A stretch of 64,000 bases of DNA, taken from positions 224,001-288,000 of the IMG/VR virus record IMGVR_UViG_3300021431_000076; one strand, given 5' to 3'. The notes beneath the pieces were generated by a model. The model did no database searches. It had not been told where the DNA came from and was given only the letters and a program-made list of their open reading frames with translations. Numbering within the stretch: the stretch's first letter is position 1; each line of letters starts with the position of its first letter. Below, one piece after another: positions 55,757-64,000 of the stretch. Source of the stretch: a virus (taxonomy: Duplodnaviria > Caudoviricetes). The translations under genes were made by a program, and so were the position numbers.

Positions 55757-55909
55757 ATGAATAATGAATATACCAAAGAGAGTTTAGAAAAGTTATCTAA
55801 AAAAGAATTGATATCTATTATTTTAGAATTACAAGAAGAATATGAAGAGTTAGATAAAGATTTTACAGAATATATGGATAATGATCCATTTTCTAATTTA
55901 TCTACTTAA
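55757..55909 (+). CDS. 50-aa acidic coiled-coil peptide (LEKLSKKELI, similar to LNNMSKEELI of the previous gene)
   Basis: Not in the ORF track; own class II promoter, SD AGGAGG and terminator. Confidence 0.7.
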   Translation: MNNEYTKESLEKLSKKELISIILELQEEYEELDKDFTEYMDNDPFSNLST

Positions 55910-56064
55910 GTATAAAAAGTATACTCTAAATAGAGTATACTTTTTTTGAGTAAAAAATTTTTTAGTTATATACTATTCTATTGAGTGTGAGTGTGAGAGA
56001 GGTATACTCTCTACACCTCATATTCATATATCTAATTTATTTTCTACTAAAGGAGTTTTGTTAC

Positions 56065-56574
56065 ATGACAAAAGAACAAAAGTTACTGAATCAGATGGTT
56101 AAGGTCACTAATAAGTATTGTAACCTTTTGGAAGAGTTCCATAAGACTATGGACGAGAGAGATTACGAGTATACTGAGGAACAATTACAGAAATTGGAAA
56201 CTCTCAGAGATTATACTGATACTATCTATGACAACATGAGTGTTATCAAAGACCATCAGGATATCATAGTCAAGACTCTTGAAGATATCAAGACTGCTAT
56301 TGGTTATGAAGAAGAGAAAAAATATCTGTACATCGTTGATGGTTGTGATAAGGAAAATCTTACTAAGGACTACAAACTTTGTAGAACCTTGGAAGAGAAG
56401 TTCAGCAAAGATGGTGTGAATGCCATGGTAGTAGTTTCAGGCATGCTTGAAGATATAATTAAAAGCATTGAAGAACAGAATAAGAGAGGTGCAGAGTTAT
56501 TCAAGAATCTGATTAAAGAGAGAGAAGAAAAACACATTACTCATGACCAGCTTGTAGAGATGGTTAATAACTAA
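56065..56574 (+). CDS. Hypothetical protein
   Basis: SD AAGGAG before ATG 56065; hairpin leader after early promoter. Confidence 0.8.
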   Translation: MTKEQKLLNQMVKVTNKYCNLLEEFHKTMDERDYEYTEEQLQKLETLRDYTDTIYDNMSVIKDHQDIIVKTLEDIKTAIGYEEEKKYLYIVDGCDKENLTKDYKLCRTLEEKFSKDGVNAMVVVSGMLEDIIKSIEEQNKRGAELFKNLIKEREEKHITHDQLVEMVNN

Positions 56575-56690
56575 TTTCTATTATTCTACTATTATAAAGA
56601 TAGACTATATTAGTCTATCTTTTTTTGAGTAAAAGAAAAAATAGAGATATACTATCTATATGAGGTCAGGTTGAGAGAGGAGTATTTAAA

Positions 56691-57254
56691 ATGAACAAAA
56701 TTTTATGTAAGTATATTAAAGACTATATCAAGAGATTAGAACATCAAGTTCTAACCTCTAATGAAAGTAATCTTAGAGTACACTTTGTATTTTTTCCTAA
56801 AGAGATAGAAAGATTAAAAATGAAATGGGAATATGCTAAAACTATAGGAAACTATACTACTGATAGAGGATTGATCTATTGTGATATGTATTTCAATATT
56901 CCTAAGATATCTAAGTTCTTATCTAGTGCTTATAAATATAATAATATATTAGAAAAAGAAGTAGTAGATTCATTTATAGAGAGAATATTCTATCATGAAT
57001 ATAGACACTATCAACAACTGAACTATATTAAGACTCTTCATAAACTAATAATGATACCAGATAAGATGAATGAAGTATTAGAAACAGATGCTGATAATTA
57101 TGCTATGATGAAGATAAAGAATAATCAAGATATATCAATAGAAGTACCAGATAAGATGATAAAGGATATGAAAGACTATATAAAAATCCTATATCATAAA
57201 AACCTCAATATAACGAGTTTAAACGTGTATAAGGGTACAACCATACTGACATAG
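56691..57254 (+). CDS. Zincin-like metallopeptidase-motif protein
   Basis: YHEYRHYQQ...ETDADNYA. Confidence 0.6.
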   Translation: MNKILCKYIKDYIKRLEHQVLTSNESNLRVHFVFFPKEIERLKMKWEYAKTIGNYTTDRGLIYCDMYFNIPKISKFLSSAYKYNNILEKEVVDSFIERIFYHEYRHYQQLNYIKTLHKLIMIPDKMNEVLETDADNYAMMKIKNNQDISIEVPDKMIKDMKDYIKILYHKNLNITSLNVYKGTTILT

Positions 57255-57354
57255 TCGTATGAGAACGTTTTTAGCATATAAGGGTATCCAGAAGTTACCG
57301 ATAGTGGGAAGATCTGGAGACACATATATGAAAAATTTAATAGGAGGAGAAAAA

Positions 57355-59730
57355 ATGAAAGAGAATATTGAGAATGTCAATATTGAAGTTCAATCTAGAG
57401 AGGATATGAAAGCATATGCTATTTATGTAGCAAGATGTAGAGCAATACCAGATGCTATAGATGGATTGAAACCAGTAATTAGAAGAATACTATGGTGTGT
57501 TGCTCATGACTTTAAAGGACAAGGTAGTGTTAAGACTGCAGCAGTATTAGGTGAAGTTATTAAGTCATATAATCCACATGGTGATACTTCAGTACATACA
57601 GCTATAAGAAATATGATTAATGATTTCAGTACTAAGTATCCTACAATGGTTGGTGTTGGTGGTTGGGGAAGTAAAGTAAATCCTAATATAGCAGCACCAC
57701 GATATTCTCATTGTGGAATATCTAAGTTTTCATTAGATGTATTCATGAGAGATATCATGGATGATAGAAGAGCAACAGACTGGATGAATAACTATTCTAA
57801 TACTAAACAAGAACCAGTATATCTTCCAGCTAAGATTCCTACATTACTTATATTAGGTCAGATGGGTATAGGTGTAGGAATGAAATCTTCTATTCCATCT
57901 CATAATCTAGGAGAAGTAATAGATACTACTATTAAGCTTATACAGAATCCTAGAGCTAAGTTCTGTTTGATTCCAGATGAGTGTATGCCATGTGAAATCA
58001 TAGATACAGATTGGCAAGCAATAAATGATAAAGGAAAAGGAAACTATATTGCTCAAGGGATAGTTGATATAGGGGAATATAACAACCATCCAGCATTATA
58101 TGTAAGATCTCTTCCAGACTTTACATTCTATGAATCTATCAAAGAAAATATATGCAAATTAGTAGAATCTAAGAAGATGCCATATATAATAGATTTGATT
58201 TCTAGAACTAAGACTGATCTTAAGTCTTTAGATAATAAGACTAAGTTTGAAGAGATTATAGTTCTTAAGAAAGGAACAGATCCTAACTTTGTAAAAGAGT
58301 TCTTATATGCTAATACACAGATGAGACAAACTAGACAAGTATCTGTGATTGTATTAGACCATAATCATCTTAAGGGATATAATTATAGACAGTATCTTTT
58401 AGGATTCATAGAATTTAGAAGAGCTTCTATAGCAAGATCTCTAAATGCTAGATTGCAGAAATGCAATACTATCATTCATCAGAAGATTCCATATCTTAAG
58501 TTATTGAACTCTAAAGATTGTGATAAGATTATATCTGCAATCAGATCTCAATCTGGAACAGATGATCAGAAACTTATAGATTATCTGATTAAGAAACTTA
58601 ATATAACTCCATTACAAGCATCTTATCTTATAGATCTTAAATTAAAGAACTTATCTAAAGGATATCTACAGAAAGCAGCAGAAGATGTAAAAAGATATCA
58701 AGCAGAAGCTAATCGAATAATGGATATCTTGTTAGATCCTAAGAAGATAGATAAGGTAATGATAGATCAGATGCTAGAGATAAAAGCTAAGTATAATTCT
58801 CCTATACTTAGAAAGATGATATCTAAAGGTCAAGCATCTGGTATAGCTCCTGGTACATTCAAACTTGTATTTACTAAGAAGAACTTTATAAGAAAAATAG
58901 GAGAGAATGAACTTATAGGTTCTCTTGGTAATGATGAGTATAACTTCTCTTTGATATCTGAAAATCAAGATAATATTATGGTCTTTAGTGTATTAGGAAA
59001 AGTATTCAAGATTCCTACTCATAAGATTCCTATAACAGCTAAAGGATCTAATGGTATGGATATAAGATTACTCAACAAGTATGCTACGAGTAATATGTGT
59101 TGTGCTGCTACTGAGAGTTTATTAACTGCTTTCAGTAAAAAATCTAAGATGCATAATTTCATATTCGTATGTACTAGAAATGGATATATTAAGAAGATAG
59201 ATATAGCAGATATATTAACAGCTCCCACTAGTGGAATAATATATTCTAAAGTAGAAGAAGGAGATTATGTACAATCTATCTTGTTTGGTCCAGATAAGAT
59301 GGATCTCTTAGTATTAATGGGAAATAAAGTATTAAGAGTTCCTGGTAAACAAATTCCATATCTTAAGAGATCTACCAGAGGAGCTAGAATATCTACTGGT
59401 ACTTCATTAATAGATTCTATGAGCTTTATTAATCCTAATTGCATAGATTTGGTTGTAGTAACTAAATCTGGTATGGTTAATAAGTTAGGGATTAATACAA
59501 TAGAACCTAGTAATAGAGGTAGAGCAGGTATAAAAGTGATCAAATTAAAGAAAGATGATCAAATTATATCTGCTATTCCAGCATTACCTAATTCTAGTTT
59601 AGTAGTATATGAAGGTGGAAGAAGCAATACTGTTATAAAGCTTGATAATATTCCTTATGGTACTACTGCTAGTGCTGGAGTTAAGTTATTAAAGAATCCT
59701 ATAAGAGTGATGGTAAGTCAGAATCAATAA
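57355..59730 (+). CDS. gyrA: Type IIA topoisomerase subunit A (GyrA/ParC-like)
   Basis: AIPDAIDGLKPVIRRI, YNPHGD, active-site AAPRY, IPSHNL and C-terminal pinwheel blades; SD AGGAGG before ATG 57355. Confidence 0.9.
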   Translation: MKENIENVNIEVQSREDMKAYAIYVARCRAIPDAIDGLKPVIRRILWCVAHDFKGQGSVKTAAVLGEVIKSYNPHGDTSVHTAIRNMINDFSTKYPTMVGVGGWGSKVNPNIAAPRYSHCGISKFSLDVFMRDIMDDRRATDWMNNYSNTKQEPVYLPAKIPTLLILGQMGIGVGMKSSIPSHNLGEVIDTTIKLIQNPRAKFCLIPDECMPCEIIDTDWQAINDKGKGNYIAQGIVDIGEYNNHPALYVRSLPDFTFYESIKENICKLVESKKMPYIIDLISRTKTDLKSLDNKTKFEEIIVLKKGTDPNFVKEFLYANTQMRQTRQVSVIVLDHNHLKGYNYRQYLLGFIEFRRASIARSLNARLQKCNTIIHQKIPYLKLLNSKDCDKIISAIRSQSGTDDQKLIDYLIKKLNITPLQASYLIDLKLKNLSKGYLQKAAEDVKRYQAEANRIMDILLDPKKIDKVMIDQMLEIKAKYNSPILRKMISKGQASGIAPGTFKLVFTKKNFIRKIGENELIGSLGNDEYNFSLISENQDNIMVFSVLGKVFKIPTHKIPITAKGSNGMDIRLLNKYATSNMCCAATESLLTAFSKKSKMHNFIFVCTRNGYIKKIDIADILTAPTSGIIYSKVEEGDYVQSILFGPDKMDLLVLMGNKVLRVPGKQIPYLKRSTRGARISTGTSLIDSMSFINPNCIDLVVVTKSGMVNKLGINTIEPSNRGRAGIKVIKLKKDDQIISAIPALPNSSLVVYEGGRSNTVIKLDNIPYGTTASAGVKLLKNPIRVMVSQNQ

Positions 59731-59744
59731 GAGGAGATTTCAAT

Positions 59745-60059
59745 ATGGAGTATATTTATAAAGAAGAGATAATGGATATACTTGGTTTAGACAAGAACAA
59801 AGCAGGAGATTGGAAAACATATTTTGAGTTATTTGAAACAGCATCAGATGATATCATATATGGGAAACCAAAATTTATACAAAAAGATATAGGATATAGC
59901 TCTTCAGAATATATAAAAAAGAGAAAGAAGTATAAGAGCAATGAACTTCCAACTTTATTAAAAGGATATGAATATCTAAGTAAAGCTATGGTAAAACTTA
60001 TGATCATGAGAGCAGATACAGAAAAAGCTAGAAAACAAAGATTGAAATCAGTGTTTTAA
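59745..60059 (+). CDS. Hypothetical protein
   Basis: SD GAGGAG. Confidence 0.75.
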   Translation: MEYIYKEEIMDILGLDKNKAGDWKTYFELFETASDDIIYGKPKFIQKDIGYSSSEYIKKRKKYKSNELPTLLKGYEYLSKAMVKLMIMRADTEKARKQRLKSVF

Positions 60060-60132
60060 TAATCAATATCAGTAGAAGAGAAATCCTCTACTGATTTAAT
60101 TATATACTATATAGATGAGGAGGAGATGCAAA

Positions 60133-60528
60133 ATGGAAAAGCAATCCATATTGAATGAATTATATCTTTTAGATAAGGGGGTTAGAGATTGTTTCTGTGA
60201 GACAGTTATAGATCCTGAAGATTTAGACTTCATCATTGAAGAAGCTGTACATCATAATTACTATGTATATACTCATGAATTTGAGGATAAGTGTGATAAA
60301 AAAACAATCTATATTGCTTATGTATGTAAATACAACTATCAGAAGATTATGCTGCATAAAATGTATACAGACTCAAATATAGACAAATTCACCAAAGAGT
60401 ATATAGAAGGAACTTTATTAGGCTATTCTGCTCAATCAATGGAAGAATATCTAATAAAAATGATAGTAAATGATAGTATTGATCCTGTTGAAAGTGGGAA
60501 ACCTGTTAAAATATCTGCTCCAGTATAA
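60133..60528 (+). CDS. Hypothetical protein
   Basis: Early motif near 60101; SD GAGGAGGAG. Confidence 0.75.
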   Translation: MEKQSILNELYLLDKGVRDCFCETVIDPEDLDFIIEEAVHHNYYVYTHEFEDKCDKKTIYIAYVCKYNYQKIMLHKMYTDSNIDKFTKEYIEGTLLGYSAQSMEEYLIKMIVNDSIDPVESGKPVKISAPV

Positions 60529-60663
60529 TAACTAAATAGCAGAGGACTTCTCCTCTGCTATTTTTTTTGATATTGATAATAAACATACTAACTAACACTT
60601 AGGTGTCAGAGACAAAACAATAACTAAATGGTATCTAATTATTTAAGAAGGGATGATGATAAG

Positions 60664-63408
60664 ATGAAGAAACCGATTAAGAAAAAATTGGCATTGGCAG
60701 TAGCTCTTAGTCTTATGACTAGTGGTACTTGCTTCGCTTTGCCAAAAGGAGAGAATGTTCGATCTGGTGATGCAGTCATAACTAGAGTTGGTAATGATAT
60801 GAATATTACCCATACTGGTAAAACTGCTATTGATTGGACCTCTTTCAGTATTGGTGCTGGAGAAAAAGTAAACTTTATTCAAAATGGAGGTATAGCTCTT
60901 AATAGAGTTATTAGTAATAATCCTTCTAATATCCTTGGTCAATTAAATGCTGATGGTACTGTAATACTTCTCAATCCTAATGGTATTCTTTTTGGTAATG
61001 GTGCAGTTATTAATGCTGGATCTTTCTATGCATCTACTGCAAAAGTATCTGATGATTTCATGGACAAATTTAGTACTATGAATTTAGATATGAGTAAATA
61101 TAAAGACGTTATGTTTACTTATGTAACAGATACTGATGGTAGTGTAATCAATGTAGATGGTATTGTTAAAGCAGATAAGCTAGAAATCTCTAACAATGGT
61201 AAGCTCTATTTGAAGAGTGATGGCAAAGTAGAAACCTCTGGTCTTATTAATACTACCAATCTTGCTATTGGTGGTACAAAAGACGTAGATATCAATTCTC
61301 AGATAGAAAATACTGGTGAATTAGTATTAGGATCTAAGAGAAATCTTAATGTTAAGAATACTTTAACTTCTACTGGTGATATCACTCTTATTGGTGATCT
61401 TGATAAAGATGGTAAAGGTATGGTTGACCTTGAAGCCGATGTTAAAACTGGTGGTAATTTTGTATCTTATGCTCCTTCTACTGGTACTTATGCTAAGTAT
61501 GAAGGTGGTGAAGGTAAGATTGATGCAGAGAATGGTACTACTACTTTCTATGGTAATGTTGCTGTAGATAATAGTACTATGAATATTACTACTAAAGATT
61601 TTAAAGTTGTTAGTGGTAATGTAGATTCTGCTAACTCTTATAAGATTCTTGCTAATATTAATAGAAATGGAACTTTTGTAAAGGATAATCCAGATATCAA
61701 GAACATCGCTAAGTATTATTATGATGGCAATCTTAAAAATGTAGTATATAAAGATTTTGAAGATCTTACTGAAGCAGAATACAATACTATCAAAAATAGA
61801 TGCCTTGATACTTATCAGGGATATAAACATAGAACTCTTCCTACTACAGAAGAAGCTACTAGAGAAGCAGTAAAGGCTTATTTCAATACTTATGTAAAGA
61901 TTAATGGTCTTACTGAAGCTACAGATTTTGATAATCTGACTGATACTCAGTATACTCAGTTAGCTAAACATATTCTAGATACTCATAACTATACTGAAAC
62001 TGACAATAGAGAATCTATTCTCAATAACTGGGGTAATGCTGTAGAATCATCTAAAGAAGGATCTGCAGGTGGAGCAGATGTTGGTGATAAGTACTTATCT
62101 ACTATTACTGATTCTCTCGAAAACTGGAGAGTTACTTCTATGATTGAAGATCAAGGTCTAAAAGGATATGAATATCTTCTTGGTGGCAGAACAGCTATAG
62201 TTGGCAAAAATGTTAAAGATGGTAGAGAGTTCTATTGGCTTACTGGTATTGAAGGTGCAAAGAATAATGGTGCTGGTACTAAATTCTTCACATCTTCTGG
62301 TATAGGTAAAGGTACAACTCATACATATGCTGCTTGGTCTAAAGATCCTAAAGGATTATTCAATTATTTATTTGATGAACCAAATAACAATGGTACATAT
62401 GATCAACCTTATGTAGCTATTGGTTGGCATGATATTACTGGTAATGGTTGGGCTGATGTAGATCAGCAGAAAAATACTGTTAGAGGTCTTGTTCAGGAAA
62501 ATAACAATGTACGTTCAATTATCAATGTTACTTTAACTGGCGATACTGAAACTGGTACTATTGATGGCAAAGTTGGTGATTCTGTTCCTATAACTATCAA
62601 TTATTTTAGACCACAACAGGATCCTGAGCCTGTTAACCCTGAACCTGTAAATCCAGAACCTCAAAACCCAGATCCAGTGAATCCTGAACCAGTCAATCCT
62701 GATCCAGTGAACCCAGAGCCTGTAGATCCTGAACCTCAAAATCCAGAGCCTGTAGATCCAGAACCACAAAACCCAGATCCAGTGAATCCTGATCCTCAAA
62801 ATCCTGAACCTGTAAATCCAGAACCACAAAACCCAGATCCAGTGAATCCTGAACCAGTCAATCCTGATCCAGTGAACCCAGAGCCTGTAGATCCTGAACC
62901 TCAAAACCCCGAACCAGTAAATCCAGAGCCTGTAGATCCAGAACCTACTCCTGGTCCAGTAGATCCAACTCCAACTATTCCAGAAAAACCATATACTAAT
63001 GATGATAACAATAATGGTCCTTCAGTTCCTGAAGAAAAAGGTGTTATCATCCTCAATGAAAAGAATGGTAATATTGAAGCTCAAGGTAAATATGAAGTCT
63101 TTGTAGATGATAGCAATCATATTACTATGAGACAACTTCAAAAGAAACCTTCTGTTTCTTCTAATCTAAATGAAGGAACATTGGTTAAACAGACTGTTAC
63201 TGTTGATGGTGGTAAATATGAAGTAGGTTATAATGGTTCCCTACTTAGTATTGAACCTATTAACAAAACTGCACAGAAGACAGTTCAGCAAGGAAACGAC
63301 GACGTTAAGCATAATGTGGATGTTATTCTTAAGGTGATGAACGCTTCCTTTAGCGATACTGGCTTAGATGTAGAAACACTCAATTATATTTGCATTCATA
63401 TTAAATAA
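60664..63408 (+). CDS. Secreted adhesin-like protein: signal peptide, filamentous-haemagglutinin (TPS) N-terminal domain, C-type-lectin-like domain, Pro-rich stalk
   Basis: MKKPIKKKLALAVALSL..CFA/LP; IDWxSFSI, LNRV and LLNPNGILFG; YAAW..EPNN..WxD. Confidence 0.85.
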   Translation: MKKPIKKKLALAVALSLMTSGTCFALPKGENVRSGDAVITRVGNDMNITHTGKTAIDWTSFSIGAGEKVNFIQNGGIALNRVISNNPSNILGQLNADGTVILLNPNGILFGNGAVINAGSFYASTAKVSDDFMDKFSTMNLDMSKYKDVMFTYVTDTDGSVINVDGIVKADKLEISNNGKLYLKSDGKVETSGLINTTNLAIGGTKDVDINSQIENTGELVLGSKRNLNVKNTLTSTGDITLIGDLDKDGKGMVDLEADVKTGGNFVSYAPSTGTYAKYEGGEGKIDAENGTTTFYGNVAVDNSTMNITTKDFKVVSGNVDSANSYKILANINRNGTFVKDNPDIKNIAKYYYDGNLKNVVYKDFEDLTEAEYNTIKNRCLDTYQGYKHRTLPTTEEATREAVKAYFNTYVKINGLTEATDFDNLTDTQYTQLAKHILDTHNYTETDNRESILNNWGNAVESSKEGSAGGADVGDKYLSTITDSLENWRVTSMIEDQGLKGYEYLLGGRTAIVGKNVKDGREFYWLTGIEGAKNNGAGTKFFTSSGIGKGTTHTYAAWSKDPKGLFNYLFDEPNNNGTYDQPYVAIGWHDITGNGWADVDQQKNTVRGLVQENNNVRSIINVTLTGDTETGTIDGKVGDSVPITINYFRPQQDPEPVNPEPVNPEPQNPDPVNPEPVNPDPVNPEPVDPEPQNPEPVDPEPQNPDPVNPDPQNPEPVNPEPQNPDPVNPEPVNPDPVNPEPVDPEPQNPEPVNPEPVDPEPTPGPVDPTPTIPEKPYTNDDNNNGPSVPEEKGVIILNEKNGNIEAQGKYEVFVDDSNHITMRQLQKKPSVSSNLNEGTLVKQTVTVDGGKYEVGYNGSLLSIEPINKTAQKTVQQGNDDVKHNVDVILKVMNASFSDTGLDVETLNYICIHIK
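62620..62982 (+). repeat. 15-nt coding repeat giving P(E/D)P(V/Q)(N/D) pentapeptides
   Basis: About 20 units; a block of about 100 nt is near-identical at 62638-62741 and 62803-62906. Confidence 0.9.
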
Positions 63409-63509
63409 TTCAAACACTTAAAAATCAGTAGGGAGAAATCCCTACTGATTTTCTAATATTAAAAATAAGCATATACTATTTTAATAGATAGAGAAAGGAG
63501 GTGATAAGA

Positions 63510-64000
63510 ATGAATATAACTTTTAGACAGCATTTAATAGAGAATATAGGATGTACTTGGTTTTGGTTTCCTAAACATAGAATAGATGCATTTCTTAAAA
63601 ATGAAATATTTCTAGATTTTATATTAGGATATCAAAGAATAAGTGGAGATAAAGAATTATGGAGAATGCATAGAGAGGGACTTAAACATGAATGCGAAAA
63701 AATATTAAACATCTTAGATCCAATTGTAAATAATGAAGAAGATTACGATAACTGTAGAAAAATAGATATAGGAATGCTTAAATCCATCTTCTGCGTAAAT
63801 TTATATCCTATTCTTAAAGATGAAGAAAAATATAATGTATTAAAGGAGTTGATGACTGCTTATATACGAGAATTCTCTGATGCTGGATTTCTTTATTATG
63901 AAATGGGTAGATGCTTGATGAATAGTGATAATGATACTTATGAAAAATTGCTATATAAATCAAGACAAATATACCCATATAATCATTCTGAAAGCAGAAG
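63510..64000 (+). CDS. Hypothetical protein, truncated by window end
   Basis: Early-like motif near 63470, SD AAGGAGGTGA, frame open to the end. Confidence 0.75.
   Translation, partial: MNITFRQHLIENIGCTWFWFPKHRIDAFLKNEIFLDFILGYQRISGDKELWRMHREGLKHECEKILNILDPIVNNEEDYDNCRKIDIGMLKSIFCVNLYPILKDEEKYNVLKELMTAYIREFSDAGFLYYEMGRCLMNSDNDTYEKLLYKSRQIYPYNHSESR

Noticed and set aside
756-61830. Numerous short ORFs antisense to or out of frame within long genes
   Set aside because: No SD, I/F/S-rich shadow composition, fully overlapped by better-supported genes.
62533-62904. Minus-strand W/R/I-rich ORF
   Set aside because: Antisense shadow of the proline-rich repeat.
1-64000. Stop-codon reassignment
   Set aside because: Recognisable genes are full length in code 11, and TAG and TGA stops are followed directly by SD+start of the next gene.

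Overview
This is an AT-rich, gene-dense, mostly plus-strand segment of a jumbo bacteriophage of the phiKZ/AR9 (PBS1)-like type, read in the standard code 11. The assignment rests on three separate fragments of split multisubunit RNA polymerases (beta' N-terminal part with GADFDGD, beta' C-terminal part, beta C-terminal part), large virion proteins, RNase H, HU, a GyrA-type topoisomerase subunit, a PolB-like fragment, a trifunctional Pnkp-type RNA repair enzyme, a nicotinamidase and many small hypothetical genes. Strong Firmicute-style SD sequences plus a two-partner-secretion (FHA N-terminal) adhesin suggest a diderm Firmicute (Negativicutes) host (inference). Two promoter-like motifs recur: an early-type WATATAYTAT-N5-TG and a late-type AACA-N6-TR. 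The non-coding DNA is the most interesting part. (1) A coiled-coil gene (42582-43283) is followed by a roughly 530-nt end-paired structured RNA carrying tracts of 7-9-nt ...TAAA repeats, a candidate undescribed ribonucleoprotein system. (2) Three minus-strand candidate late small RNAs consist largely of anti-SD/anti-AUG sequence. (3) Several other ORF-less structured transcripts occur, one with a tRNA-like T-loop. (4) Four early leaders have a 5' end that pairs with their own start codon, with covariation. All family assignments are by eye and from memory of motifs; no searches were run.
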